A model generated the notes under the pieces. That model was not told the DNA's origin. It did not search any database and saw only the letters and a program-made list of their open reading frames with translations. The position numbers were made by a program, and so were the translations under genes. A DNA stretch of 59,556 nt, counting the filler, from Basidiobolus ranarum (taxonomy: Eukaryota): NCBI GenBank assembly GCA_040143965.1. It is 9 parts of 9 records of this genome, joined end to end, with 100 filler letters (N's around TTAATTAATTAA, not from the genome) between each part and the next. Parts side by side here need not be neighbours in the genome. Positions count along the whole stretch, not along the records: positions 6,649 to 13,194 come from JASJQH010008174.1; positions 13,295 to 19,837 come from JASJQH010008175.1; positions 19,938 to 26,472 come from JASJQH010008176.1; 6 more parts are not named here. The stretch is one strand, 5' to 3'. Positions 12,368 through 25,800 of the stretch are shown one piece after another. Numbering within the stretch: the stretch's first letter is position 1; each line of letters begins with the position of its first letter.

Positions 12368-13194
12368 TGTTGAAATTAGATAAATAGCAACTCATTGTTT
12401 AGTATTTTATTTTTTCATATTTTGATTATTTAGCACTCAATTCTGCCATTCAAAAACATGTGTTTATTGCTCTAATTGGTAGCAATATCACTTAGATCAC
12501 TTTTACCAATTTCCACTATTTTCTCAAAACTTCTCCAAATCACCTTAAATTCCCACCCATGCTTAACAGGCATGTTTGTTATGATCTAAGCACATCCAAC
12601 AGTCCTGTTTCATATTAAACTCTAAATTGGATGTATTCAATGCAATAAAACTTAAGTTTTACTTCACAAATCTAAATCTTACTCAATTTAGACCAAAATT
12701 CAGCTACACCATCTGCAAAATTGAATGCTGTGCACTATGTACTAAATATAGCCAACAATCTACTCTCATTAAGCCAAGCAACAGCACAAGGACTAAATAT
12801 CATGTTCAGTAAGGCTGGATGCACTAGCACAGGTCAGAATAATACCAAATTAGCCACTAGGATTAAAACTCATAAGCTTATACAAGCTAGAAATCAACAA
12901 ATTGCATTCTGGGCATGCAAACTTGGCCAAAACCAGTGAAATAAGCTGTCAAATGTTGCATAGAAGATTAGGCCACATTGGGGAACAAAAACTGACCCAA
13001 ATGATCTAAAGTTAGCATATTTCAGGCTTAGAAATTGGAAACATCACTAAATTGGATCTGTGTTAGGGTTGCATATATTGAAAACATCACTGACAGCCAT
13101 TTTCATGCTCTGGAACAATCAAATCCACTCAGAATTTTGCACTGATTCATTCTGACCTATGTGGGCCCATGAAAAATGTCTCACTTGGTGACAA
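12368..13194 (+). mobile_element. Partial Copia family D LTR fused to a GAG-pre-integrase/integrase fragment
   Basis: Starts TGTTGAAATTAGATAAATAGC. 12690-13194 mirrors 23040-23520 (LIHSDLCGPM). Confidence 0.8.
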
Positions 13195-13294
13195 NNNNNN
13201 NNNNNNNNNNNNNNNNNNNNNNNNNNNNNNNNNNNNNNTTAATTAATTAANNNNNNNNNNNNNNNNNNNNNNNNNNNNNNNNNNNNNNNNNNNN
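13195..13294. other. Artificial contig spacer
   Basis: N44-TTAATTAATTAA-N44. Confidence 0.98.
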
Positions 13295-13349
13295 AACCTA
13301 TTCTTTATACCTTCCTTTTGTTGAAATTAGCATTGCCTAAACACCTATA

Positions 13350-13997
13350 GGGTCGAATCGAACATGTACGCAGCCCTTTGGGATTATCAGCCTTTAGGAC
13401 CATTTGTTCTGCCTGGGCCTATATAATCAATACCCAACAGTGATATCAAATTAATTGAGAAACAACCAAACATTTGGCAAAAATAGCAACAATTATACCT
13501 TACTATCAGTGTAGACATCTGCATATCTTTCTGGGTATGGAGCACTCTCGTCAACAAAATATAAGTCTTCACCTTGAAATACGACGCTGGCTGAGCTTGT
13601 AAACACGAGTCTTTGCACCCCATGGACCTGACAACTTTTAATGATATTCTCGGTGCCTTGAATGTTAGTTGCTCTCAAAACTTCATCTTTTGCAGCATAA
13701 CCAGGTGAAGCTGTATGAAATACTGTAGTAATATTCTGGAAGGCGCCAACAATCTCGTCAAAGTTCTCTATTTTTCCCAACTTGTGCTCAATTCGTGGTT
13801 CAGATTGAAAGTGTTTTTGTTGAATATCAAGCACCACTATATCGGCAGTGGTCCGCTGAAGAAGAAGTTGGACCAAGTGGTGTCCTAAGAAACCATCACC
13901 GCCGACAACCAAATATTTTTCCTAGGTTCATTTCGAAAATAATAAGTATACTTGACTGCATAGATTCATTAACGGTCTCTATACATACCTGAACCAT
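13350..13997 (-). pseudogene. ERG26: ERG26/NSDHL-like 3-beta-hydroxysteroid dehydrogenase, 5' half only, ending at an LTR tip
   Basis: Exons 13997-13989 (MVQ), 13921-13499 (YLVVGGDGFLG, FHTASP, FTSSASVV, YTDSK) and 13418-13350 (…LRTCSIRP). The sequence then switches to the family A LTR terminus at 13319-13349. Confidence 0.8.
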
Positions 13998-15746
13998 ATT
14001 TATTTACTTGCTCAGCCTGGGCAAGTCTGTAAAGGCTTATTACTGTTGTAACTTAATCCACTTAAACAACGGTTTGAAATATATGGACACCAGCCAATCA
14101 TAGCACTCCGCATGTACCAATTCAACAATCAAATCAGTATCAAACTAATGTAGATGGTTGGATTATGATTGATATGATAGGATCGAATCTTTCACATTGT
14201 GTTCCGTTGAAAGGTTGTTTATAAATTTAGCCTCTTTTAAGCTATGCACCCATTTGGCTAACCTTAAGAGTCTGGTGGCTATCATGATCATGATGCTTCT
14301 GTTAAAAGACGCATGCAGCTTAAAATGAGTCCTTTAAAGTGCCACCTTAGAATGGATCACACCACACCGCAGACCATTGTAGTATGCTTTTCAACACTGT
14401 GTTATATTTATTTCCTATTTATATAAACAGTGCTTAAATGCTTCATCAGACAAGTATGAACTCAATCATCTGCTAGGGAATGGCTAAGGTGAAAGGATAA
14501 GTGTTGTGAAACTCCACCCATCGTTGAGAAAGGCTAGCAAAATTCAACATGGTTTCACCAAGAGTGCATAATATTCACACCATTTCTAATATCTTACAGA
14601 TATTTAGGAACCATCGTGAAGGTGTATTATTAACAAAAGTTTAAAGAAGTAAGCCTAACTTTGCTTCTTTAAACTAGAGATGGAATAGATCAACTACCTT
14701 TCTAGCAGGGTATGCTATAATAGGTAGATACTAATTCTAGTTTTTATCCAAATTCTTCACTGTGCGACGATTACGTAGCTCCCATTGCACAACTGTAGTC
14801 AACGAACAACCCAACACTGGACCCCATGGCTTGCCACAATGCGCTGCTGTGAAGGAGACAAGCTGTCATATCCTTTGGTCGACTGACAGTCTCTAATTTT
14901 CACTTAAAATTCAAGGAACTAGCAATCTGTTATCAAGCCCATCCCAAAATGTGCAATATGTAGGAAAATCTCCTAGAATAGTAACAGTTCTGAACCCATG
15001 ATCACTATCAACAAAATTAGTGATACCTCAAGATTAGGTTTCTCATTGACCTATATATATACATATTCCCATTTGGAGTGAAGCAAACAAGAAAGCTTAT
15101 ATACCAAGTCTCTGATGAGCATCAACCATCCAAAAATGGCACAATCGATTAGCAATATACATTCAGAGCTGGATTTAGGGAACCCTTTGTATCACGAAAT
15201 AGTGCTTGAAACCTTAGATTTCTCACAAACAGAAAGGATTAAATTAGTCAATAAGATCTGTGACCAGCTGCTTCGATCGAATTTACAGATGGCTCAGTTG
15301 GAGTCTCATTCCCTGTAGCAAGTATAAGGTTGCAAATTGCACTGACGGATCATGGCGTGGTTATTTGTACGAACACATATAGCCTCGCTTTGATTATCGA
15401 TCCTTCGTCCAATGCCAGTAGATAACGAAAATAGCCACTTAGTCATCATTCTGGTGGAAAACCTGCCTTATGATGGTGAGAAAATAAGTGCAATTAGCCG
15501 GTAGTTCTAGCATATTGGTGTGATGTTACCTTGACTAATCGTGACGCTTCAAGGGATTGGATGTGCGGTTTCAACGAGAATCAAAGCCTGGGATTTGCTA
15601 CGGTCATATGGAATTTGTATAATTAATTGCTTGAATGCATTGAAGTTAAAACCAAAGCAGAGCTATCGCTTGTTAGACCTGCTCAAGTTTGAAATAATCT
15701 CACGAAATATCTAGCAATCTTTGAACTTTCCACTTTCTTCTATCAC

Positions 15747-17568
15747 ATGGAACAATCAACTCCATCAAAAGATAAAACTCTGGACGTGTATCAGGCGGAT
15801 GTCGAAGGTGAAAAAAAAAACTCTCTTGGACAGGTACTAAAAACTTCAATGAAGGAAGACACTTCGGTAATTGACGAAAAGCAAATGGTTGGAAATGGTG
15901 CAGAGGAAGGTGTGGAGGTTTTGGAGACTGGGCGTTATGCCTTAGTTGTAATATTCGCGGCTTTTATGGTATGTTAGATATTCTCTATCATACAGGTGTT
16001 TGCCCGTTTCTTTTATATGCATTAAAAGTAATTTACTTTCCCTTTCTTTTTATTTTCCTGCAGATAAACTTTGCAGCCTTTGGCTATGTTACTGTGTGGT
16101 AGGTGAAATGATTTCTCTTCAACTTATTTCGTTTAACTCACTCAATGCTCTTGGCATTCTAGGGGGATATTCCAAGATTTTTATTTGAAGCAAGTTTTTC
16201 AAACAACTTCCACGGTCTCTATCAGCTTTGTGGGTAGTATGGCGGTAGCAGCCGAATTTGGTTTCAGTCTGTTTTCAGGTCCTATCATGTCAATATTTGG
16301 CTACAAAGTAGTTCTTTGGGGAGGATGCTTCTTCGTCAGCATTGGGTTGCTGGCTGCTAGTTGGGCAACAGAGGTTCGCTAGGTTCTTCCAATCGACACG
16401 TACATCCATCTGACATATTTCTTCCAATTCCTAGTTCTGGCATTTATACGTGACGCAAGGCTTGATGTTTGGTATAGGCGCATCGTTTTTATATATGGCT
16501 GCTTCATCGATTCCTCCACTATGGTTTACAAAGAGGCAAGGGCTAGCCATGGGCATTGCCGCCTCAGGATCAGGTATTGGTGGGTTGGTCTTGGGCCCGA
16601 TCGTCAGAAAATTATTGGATACAGTTGGAATTGCATGGGCACTGCGGGTTGTTGCGATATTCGAACTTGTCGCAAGCAGTATTGCCGCCATCTTGCTTCG
16701 GGCACCCAGACGAGAGACCTCTTCTGGTGAGAAAGTAGTAGATGATGGGAAAAAAGCCAAAATGTTGGATTTTTCAGTTTGGAAATGCAAAGGGTTTGTT
16801 TTGTGGACATGTAGTGCTGCTTTATTCACGTTTGGTTATTTGATCCCTTTCAGCTTCGTCCCTGGTAATCTCTTACCTACTGATATCTTTACTAAGAGAA
16901 ATGATGTATTGATGGGTTATTTGTAGCTTACAGTACTTTTATTGGGTTAACCACCACTGATGGCGCTATTTTTGTCAGCGTCATGTCGGGATGCAACGCA
17001 GCGGTATGTATACAATCTTTATTACTATCTCAAGAGTGGATGCGAAATGGCTAACACTATCATTTAGGGACGCATTGCAATAGGGTTTTTTGCTGATAGA
17101 GTGGGTAGGGTCAATGTGGCGGCTATTTGTTACTTTTTATCAGGGCTTGCTTGCTTGGCTGTCTGGATGCAAGCTTCGTCTTATGCTCTTGTGATGGTTT
17201 TGTCCATTACGTATGGGCTTTTTTCGGGGGTTTTCTTCACCTTGGCCGCACCTATAACCGCTAAAATCACGGTATGTTTAAATGGATCATGACCGCGACC
17301 TTACCAGTTTCTAACCTAACATTTATATTTGTAATTCATATGTGTGAAGGGTCTTGCTAAGTTACCATCTGGCTTGACCTTTATATTCATATGCAATGCG
17401 TTCGGGGCTTTGAGTTCGATTCCAATTGGAGGTGCCTTATTCGAGGCGACGAATCGAACTTCTTATCAATCGCTCATAATATTTGTAGGAGTTGTTTTCA
17501 TGGTGGGAGCTGCCTTGTTGACAGTGCTAAAACTTCAGCTAAATTCCAAATTCTTTGCGGTTGTATGA
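15747..17568 (+). CDS. MFS transporter, monocarboxylate porter (Mch-like) family, multi-exon
   Basis: Several GT..AG introns (first at 15969-16063). Motifs WGIFQ, QGLMFGIG, WFTKRQGLAMGIAASGSGIGG and GRIAIGFFADRVGR. Confidence 0.9.
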
Positions 17569-19318
17569 TATTGTTCATCCGAGGGTTCACCCGTCATATG
17601 AGGATATACTCATCTCTTCACTCATAGCTTTGTCAAGAATAGAGGATTTTGTAGTTTGTAGAATGGATAAACTTTGATCCACTCCTAAGCCGTAACCATG
17701 AATTTCAAGATAGAGATTTCTACTCACTCGTATGCATACCAGTGTAGAGCAACCAGATAATCTTAATCCCCCTCCACATTATTAATCTAAATTCCGGATA
17801 AATAAATTACCCTAAATCAACTCATCATCCACCAAGGATAATTGTATTCCCGCCAGCCATATGAAGCGATTTTGCTTATCGATCTGTCATTCATGCAAGG
17901 TTTCAAATTTTGGATGCTTGAATGATTTATTCCCATGGGTCCATAGGTTTCACTCTATAGTCACTGATATTTTAGTCGATAGGCACACCATCTAGATACA
18001 GATGGGAATTATCTATCCTGTTTGAATCAGGACGAATAGATTTGGTAGTATGCATGTCTCTAGTTTATCCTATTTGAAGAATATATTTTATTAACACTAA
18101 AGTGAACTAGGTTATAGAAGTAAATGAACGAAATTCAATATGACATTCTGGTTTTCACTCAGCCTTTCCCTGATAATTCCAGTACAGTGGTTTCGGTTTA
18201 AACTTGCGAGGTATCCGAACTCTATGCATGTAGCAATTTATCTCAACAAGTACTGGATATGGTAAAACAATTTCCACACTATATCTAATTCGGTGGTACT
18301 TGAGGGCAATGAACATGGCAAACAAAGTGTACCTTCCCTATGTGCGGGTTGAAGTGATGCTCTCAAAGAATTGACTCTTATTCAATCTGATTATTATAAG
18401 CTTATATTGATGTAGTCTTGTGATGTAGATTATGAAGAATTTTAATGGAAAAGCAAGTCTTATACAGATACATTATATTCAATTCAGGGTCCACTCATTC
18501 AATATCTTCGATGTTTTTACAAAATCAGTATATACCTTGTTAAACGTTGACTTTCATCATCATATATCAACCTATTTGATCTTGAGTTAAGGTCTGATAA
18601 ATCAAATAAATGAGGATAAAAGATGATATCAAAGAGTGGAACTGACAAAAATCAAAGTTTAAGATACTAGGTCTAGTATTACATGTGACATAACAAATGG
18701 GATAGATTTTTCACTCAACTAGCATGAGGGTTAAAGTTCCCCTTTTATTTAACTTTTATAGTAGAAAGCTTCAAATTAGTCAAATTAAACTTGATTTCTA
18801 CCAAATTCATTTAGTAACTACTGGACACTTCCATGTATTTGATTTAAGTATTGTCCAAAATGTTGTTAATATACCACAGGTGCTTTACAAACACTTTGTA
18901 TTCGAGTGTTTACAGGATTATTTTAGCAGTCATTTCAAATTGCTTAATACATGGCCAAATATATGTTTATTCTTAAATGAATTATGTATCGTTGTTATAT
19001 TAGGCGCAAGGTCACTCTAAATATATATATTGACAGTATCAGTAAATGGTTGGTACAATCCTGAGTGGAATTGATATACATGTAAGCGCACCTATCTCTG
19101 AAGATTCTGTACAATATTTTTAATGTCCAGTGCTTGAAAAATTGAGAAACTATGTTGTGCTTTAAATCCTGTACTATCTCATATACTCATCCTTGACTGG
19201 TGATATCTATAGAGAAGCATATGGGGATGAGAAGTTGGTGAGGTATATGAATCTACTCTATTATGTGAGGGATGGTCACATATCAGCTGTAGGGATTAAG
19301 GCACAAGCCAGTATTTTA

Positions 19319-19666
19319 TGGTAAAGTATTTGGGAGCCTGTTGGAAGTGGTTTGGAGAATTAGAAAAATTGGTGGTTTTCACTTATTGATTGATTGAGTA
19401 GAAAGTTGGCATTTATAGTTTTGTCAAGATGTAAACAATCTAAGATGTAAAGTATGTTAAGGAAGGTCCCGGGAGCAGGTGGGCAAAGTGTGGGGCTTCT
19501 AGCACAAGTTTGAAAAATCTATATATCTGAGGACTTCTAAGTTGGTGTCAATATTCTAAGTAAATTCCAATTGAGAATAATTGATAATAACTTAGTGAAT
19601 TACAAGATAACTAAGTACTAAGCTATATATGACTATATAGGTGTTTAGGCAATGCTAATTTCAACA
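19319..19666 (-). mobile_element. Full-length Copia family A LTR (348 bp)
   Basis: TG...CA termini. Closely matches 46686-47029. Confidence 0.88.
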
Positions 19667-19837
19667 AAAGTCAGACTTGTGGCTAAAGGATACTCTCAAA
19701 TGCAAGGAGTGGACTACAATGAAACCTTTGCTCCTGTAGCAAAGTTTAATTCCATCAGAACCGTACTTGCAGTAGCCGCAAAACACAGCTTAAAAATCCA
19801 TCAAATGGATGTTAAAACTGCTTTTTTGAATGGGGAC
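19667..19837 (+). mobile_element. Copia reverse transcriptase fragment, open frame, cut by the contig end
   Basis: Translates as [26 protein letters not shown]...[13 protein letters not shown]. Confidence 0.93.
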
Positions 19838-19937
19838 NNNNNNNNNNNNNNNNNNNNNNNNNNNNNNNNNNNNNNNNNNNNTTAATTAATTAANNNNNNN
19901 NNNNNNNNNNNNNNNNNNNNNNNNNNNNNNNNNNNNN
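19838..19937. other. Artificial contig spacer
   Basis: N44-TTAATTAATTAA-N44. Confidence 0.98.
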
Positions 19938-20240
19938 TAACATCTTGGAAACTGTGTTGAATGTTGCCACAATCACCTCAATATACGCCAATTATGGAAA
20001 CACCAAAAACCAGGCATTACTCTGAAGGTTCTTCACAGATCTAATGTGGCCTATCCTGAGTTTTTGCAAAAACTTTCAAAGTACTCAAGGAGTATTAGCA
20101 AGATTATGAAGGGAAAGACAAACTGTGAGTTTGCCCAAAGTGACTTCAGAGGGGGGCATTCAACTTGTTAACTAGTCTGATGTTAACCATGCAGATATCT
20201 GGGAAGAACTTCATACAGAGTGGCACAGTATTGCAGGGTA

Positions 20241-23200
20241 TGATAAAAGTGTTCTGGAGATTTGGAAGTGTTTTGGACAAAATTTAGATTTGTAAATTAG
20301 GCACTTAATGTTTATTGAATTGAATATGTCCGATTTGTGGGTTACTATGGAGTAGGACTATTGGATGTGCTTCAATCATAACAAACATGCCTGTTAAGCA
20401 TGGGTGAAAATATGAGATGATTTGGAGAAGTTTTGAGAAAATAGTGAAAATTGGTAAATGTGATCTAATTGATATTTCTATCATTTAGAGTGGTTAACCC
20501 ACATTTTGGAATGGGAGAGTTGGATGCAAAATACTCAGAGTATGAATAAACTAACTACTAAATAATGAGTTGCTATTTACCTAATTTCAACATTTCCACT
20601 TAACTAATTACTTTGTATTACTCTTAAACCTAACTTATATCTTAATACTGCAAATTGTGCTTTAGCTAAAGGTTTGGTTAAGAGGTCAGCAATCATTTCT
20701 TCAGTAGGGCGATAGACATGTCGAATTATATCATTCTCTAGTGCTTCTCTAACAATATGAGCCTTATATCTTTATGTTTTGTGCTAGTATGAAATGTAGG
20801 GTTTTTAGCCCATGAATTAAAACTTAATTATCTTTAAATACTGTAGTAGCACATTTTTGCATGTATCCCAAGTCCTTAACTAATCTCCTTAACCATATGG
20901 CTTCTTGTGTTGTAGTAGAGGCAGCCATATACTCTGTTTCTGTAGTGAAAAATGCTATGGTTGGTTGCTTCTTACTACTCCAAGTTATGGCTCCATTACC
21001 TTGAAGAAAAGTGTACCCAGTTCTTCATATTCTATCATCAAGGCTTCACCACTATAGCCTTCTACATTTTGTGCATCAGGAGTTGCAGTATACTCCAGAA
21101 CTGGATCTAAAATTCCTTTCCAATACCTGAGAATATATTTTACTGCAGTTTTGTGCTCAGATCCTTGATCTTTGGGATATTGGCTAACAGTTTCCACTGT
21201 CATAGCAATGTCTGGACCTGCTCCAACCATTACATACATTAAACTATCTACCATGTATTGATAACAGAACCTTCGGCTTTGATTTAAGTCACTGTGGGCA
21301 AAATCAGATGAAATTTGATACATACAACATTGGGATCCATTGGCGTTAATAAAGGCTTGCCATTTGCCATGTTGGAGCATTTTAGGAAATCAATGACATA
21401 CCAAGACTAAATCAACATCATTTTCTAATTAAGTTTATTTCTCTTGATTTGGATTACAAGAGAATAACTTAATGCATCCATGTCTGTCATCTGAAATTGA
21501 TGTGATAAGCCACTTTTTGTCTGATTAAGTGCTTCTTGATTGTTTGTGGCTATGATTAAGTCACTCACATATAGCACCAAAATAAAGATCCTATTTCCAG
21601 TTACTTTGATGTAAATACTGTGATCTGCGGTGCATTTTTGGAGTTACGGTGATTCAAAATAGATAATTATCTTGTTGTACCATGCCCTGGGTGCTTGCTT
21701 GAGTCCATATAGCAATTTTTGTTGTTTACAGACCATATCAGGGTTTTTTGGGTCAACAAATATATCTAGTTGATCCATATAGATCTCTTCATCTAGATTT
21801 TTATTCAGAAAGGCTCCTTTTACAACCATTTGATGTAAGCAAGGTTATGGATGGCTGAGAGTGCCAGATTTGATCTTATAGAGCTAAACTTAGCTACTGG
21901 AGCAAAAGTTTCATTAAAATCAACTCCTAGTATTTGGGAATAACCTTTTGGATCCAATCTTGCTATGTACTATTTGGTAGTTCCATTGGCTTGGTTTTTA
22001 ACTTTATAAACCCATTTGCAACTTATTGGCTTTCTCCCTGATGGTAGAGGATTTAAAGCCAACTTTTAATTGTCCTGAAGTGAAGAAAACTCATCAGACA
22101 TTGCTCTTTCCCATATTTTTATTCTGGACACTCCAGAGCTGGATGCAGAGTCTGTGGCTTGCCCCAGAATGCTGCATAAGCACATACAACATCATCAGAA
22201 ATGTTCCTCCAGTTCCCTGGCTGATTTCTCCTTCTAGATGGTATTCTGGCCCCTGAATCATGCTGTGATGTAATTGGGACTGAAGTTCTGGTTGAAAAGG
22301 GCTCAGATACAGCTGGAATTTTGTCAGACAGTTCCTGAAAAGTGCTGATTGTGCTTTGGGATCATGAACTGTGTTTTGAGATGAATATTTTACTTTTTCA
22401 TCAAAATTTACCTCTGTGCACTTAATTGACTTCTGATTTTTGCTACCAAAAAGTCTGTAGGCCTTAGATCCAACACAGTAACCAAGGAGTATGATTTTCT
22501 GCTTTTGGGTTTCAACTTAGAGCATCTTTGAGCTGGAATCAAGCAATATGCTTTACAACCAAAGATCCTGGAATGAACCACACTTGGTTTTGATGCATAT
22601 AGGGCTTCAAATGGAGTTGAAATATGTAGCAATCTTGTTGGGCATATGTTTCTGATACAGACCAAAGTGGAGACAGATTCAGCCCAATATTGATAATCTA
22701 ACTTTTGTTGATGTAACATTGATCTTGCTATCACCACAAAGGTCTTATTAGCGCAATCTGCAGCTCCAATTTACTGTGGAGTATAAGATATAGTAGTTTG
22801 TTGCCTGATTCCATGTTGAGAGCAAAAACTATCAAAGTGTTTAGAGGAGTATTCTCCACCATTATCACTCCTTAGTGCCCTTATGGTATTGTGCTCATTG
22901 TTTCTGAGCCATTGCTTTGTAGTGCTTGAACATAGCTAAGGATTAAGATTTTGATTTGAGAAAGAATAACCAAGTTTTTCTTGTTTTGTCATCAATAAAG
23001 GTCATAAAGTACCTTTTCCCACTAGTGAGATGTTTTTCATGGGCCCACACAGGTCAGAATTAATCAAGGCAAAATTCTGAGGGAAATGATCTTTTCAGAG
23101 CTTGAAATGGCTCTCTGTGATGTTTTCCTTATATGCAACCTTCACACAGATCTAATTTAGTGTTATTTCCAATTTCTAAGCCAAAAACAAGCTGATTTTT

Positions 23201-24206
23201 AATGATTTGGGTCAGCTTTTGTTCTCCAATGTGGCCTAATCTTCTAAGCCACATTTGCCTGCTTATTGCATTGGTTTTGACCAAGTTCACATACTCAGAA
23301 TGCAATTTGTAGATTTCTAGCTTCTATAGGTGTTGAGTTCTGATCCCAGTAGCTAATTTGGTGTAATTCTGATATGTTATAGTTCATCCAGCCTTGCTGA
23401 GCACATAATTTAGTCCTTGAGTTGTTGCTTGGCTTGTTGAGAGTAAATTTTTGACTATATGTGGTACATATGGTACATCATCCAATTGTGCAGAAGGTAT
23501 AGCTGAATTTTGGTCTTAATTGAACACAACTGTGCCCTTGCCAGTTGCATCTAGTGCATAGTCATCACCTAAGTAGACTTTCCTTGTTTGGATAAGTTTA
23601 AAGCTGGAAACCAATCTTTCTTGTTTGACACATGCTGGGAAGCTCCTCAATCAATGTACCATGTTTCTGAGACTTCTTTACTGGTTACTGATAGGGCAGA
23701 CACAAATAGAAGATCCCTATCAGTGCTTAGCACCATTTGCATCTTGAACTTCCATAGATGTAATTGTTCATCATCAAACTTCTCAGCAGATGCAAAAAAG
23801 TTTGTAATGTTACTAGTAGACATTCTTTTAACAGCTCACTCAGGGCTTACAACCAGATAAAAGTGTTTAGGGGATATGAAAGTGTTTTGGTCAAGATTTA
23901 GATTTGTAAATTAGACAGTTAAGGTTTATTGAATTGAGTATGTCATACTTATAGTTTACTATTAAATAGGACTATTGGATGTGCTTAGATCACAACAAAC
24001 ATGCCTGTTAAGCATAGGTGCAAATTTGAAGTGTTTCAGAGAAGTTTTGAGAAAATAGTGAAAATTGGTAAAAGTCATCCAATTGATATTTCTATCAATT
24101 GGAGCAATAAACACACATTTTTGAATGGCAGAATTGAATGCAAAATATTCAGAACATGAATAAACTAACTACTAAGTAATGAGTTGCTATTTACCCAACT
24201 TCAACA
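20241..24206 (-). mobile_element. Complete but decayed Ty1/Copia element, family D, with two 352-bp LTRs and a GGGTA target-site duplication
   Basis: LTRs at 20241-20592 and 23855-24206. TSD GGGTA at 20236-20240 and 24207-24211. PBS at 23843-23854. Domain order PR (WYID*GASQH), IN, RT (YGLKQAPRAW), RH. Confidence 0.92.
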
Positions 24207-24359
24207 GGGTATCTACTAGATAGCATGAAGAAGAATATTGCCTTGGCAACATTAATACAATGGTGGGCTTTGATAGAGATATTGATACCAACTTGGGTTG
24301 GATATGAGCTAAACCTTGTATATGAAGAACTCTATAAGCATATTCAGCAGAATAAAACA

Positions 24360-25600
24360 AAGAAACTATGTATTTTGAAGATGGCAAATAAGTATTAAAG
24401 TTGTAAATGTGTAAAATTCAAGTTACATTTTTCACACATGTGTTGCTCCATAGTTTTGTGGGATTGTAGCCAATCATGTGCTACCTCTCTGCAAGATCTT
24501 GAAATTTCACTGCTGAAACTGCAAAAAAGATTAAAATTATACTAACTTGGCAATTTCTTGATGTTAGATAAATGGTACATCCAAAATGGATTAAAATTTT
24601 GATGATTTTTGGATGATAACAATCCCCAAATTTTGGTTTGGGGTAACAGCTTCCACCCAGCAATTCTGAGGTACATTTTTCACATTTATCACAGATTTTG
24701 CCATAACCATTATAATCCTATTTACTCTTCTAGCAACTCTATTGTATTAACATTAAAAGGGGCCAGTAGCTTCACATTTGATTCCATCAATTGTTATTAC
24801 ATAGTGCCAAAGCATATTCTCAACCATGATCAGTAATGATATACACAATTTTTGTGCTAGTCTCAGTCTCCCCAAAAGTTTGAAAGTCACTCAATATATA
24901 GAGAGAATAATTTCTTTTAATAAAGAAGACTGAAGTGCCTCATATATATTCATCACTAAATATAGTCAAATATGTATATGAAGGAAAACATAACATTTAC
25001 ATAGGTCAATGAATATGTGTACAAATAAGATTCAATTTTTGAAAGATTTAGTTGAACCAGAGCTTTTGAAAGATTCCCTGGCTTGTTCTCCATGTATTTA
25101 GCTCTCACAATTCTCCATTCTGGTTGGGGAGCTAATTTGAATTCTCACAATTATGCAATTTTTGATCATTTTGTTCAACTAATCAAATATATTATGTCCA
25201 AACCATTTAGATCAAAATTAAATGCTTTCTTGATCAAAGTAACTAATATTTCTACAAAAAATCATTGAATAAATGTAACTTGATATAAGTCCTGATCTCT
25301 TTATCCCAAAGTCAAATAATACCCATTTTCATCAGTGGCAGTGTCATCATGACTTATCAATATTGAATTTTAGCCCTTTGGAGGCAGCCCAGCATTGAGA
25401 TTATAAATTACAGGCAATTTTTGAAATTTGAAATACATCGTTGAAAGTATCCACTCTCTCTTCATGCGCACCAGTTAAGTTAACTTAACTTGTTCACATT
25501 CCAATGACATCCAACACCTAACAGAAATTTGAGAATGATTATCATAAGAAAACTATCACATATTTAATCCATTTGGGGTTGACCATTTACTTTCCATCCA
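24360..25600 (-). mobile_element. Probable LINE (L1/Tx1-like) RT 3' remnant
   Basis: Degenerate WAASKGLKFNIDKS motif and a downstream CEKC...YLF zf-RVT-like segment. Heavily decayed. Confidence 0.45.
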
Positions 25601-25649
25601 TTACAGATTGACTGCCTTGACCAAGAACACTTAATTCAAGAGCTGGACT

Positions 25650-25800
25650 AAAAACACTTATATTCAAAATCACTCTATAAAGCACAAGGTTGAAGATAAT
25701 ATGATATGTTTGGAACACTGTCAGAAACACAATATGATTGCTCATGCTCTGATCAAAGAATTATCAATGGAGAAATTAACTAGTATGGTAATCTTAATTG
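25650..25800 (+). mobile_element. Copia RNase H C-terminal remnant
   Basis: HSIKHKVEDNMICLEHC..NMIAHALIKEL resembles the consensus HFIREKV..I.LEYC.T..MIAD.LTK.L. Confidence 0.6.

Noticed and set aside
18240-18375. STGYGKT Walker-A-like peptide
   Set aside because: It lies in a short frame closed by stops and I found no other helicase or ATPase motifs, so it may be chance.
19652-19885. 77-aa ORF as a standalone gene
   Set aside because: The start codon comes from the LTR end, the rest is Copia RT, and the ORF runs into Ns.
20160-20240. Possible Tc1/mariner C-terminus (IWEELHTEWHSIAG/YLLDSM) split by the Copia insertion
   Set aside because: The resemblance is loose and no DDE or WPxxSPDL motif is recognisable.
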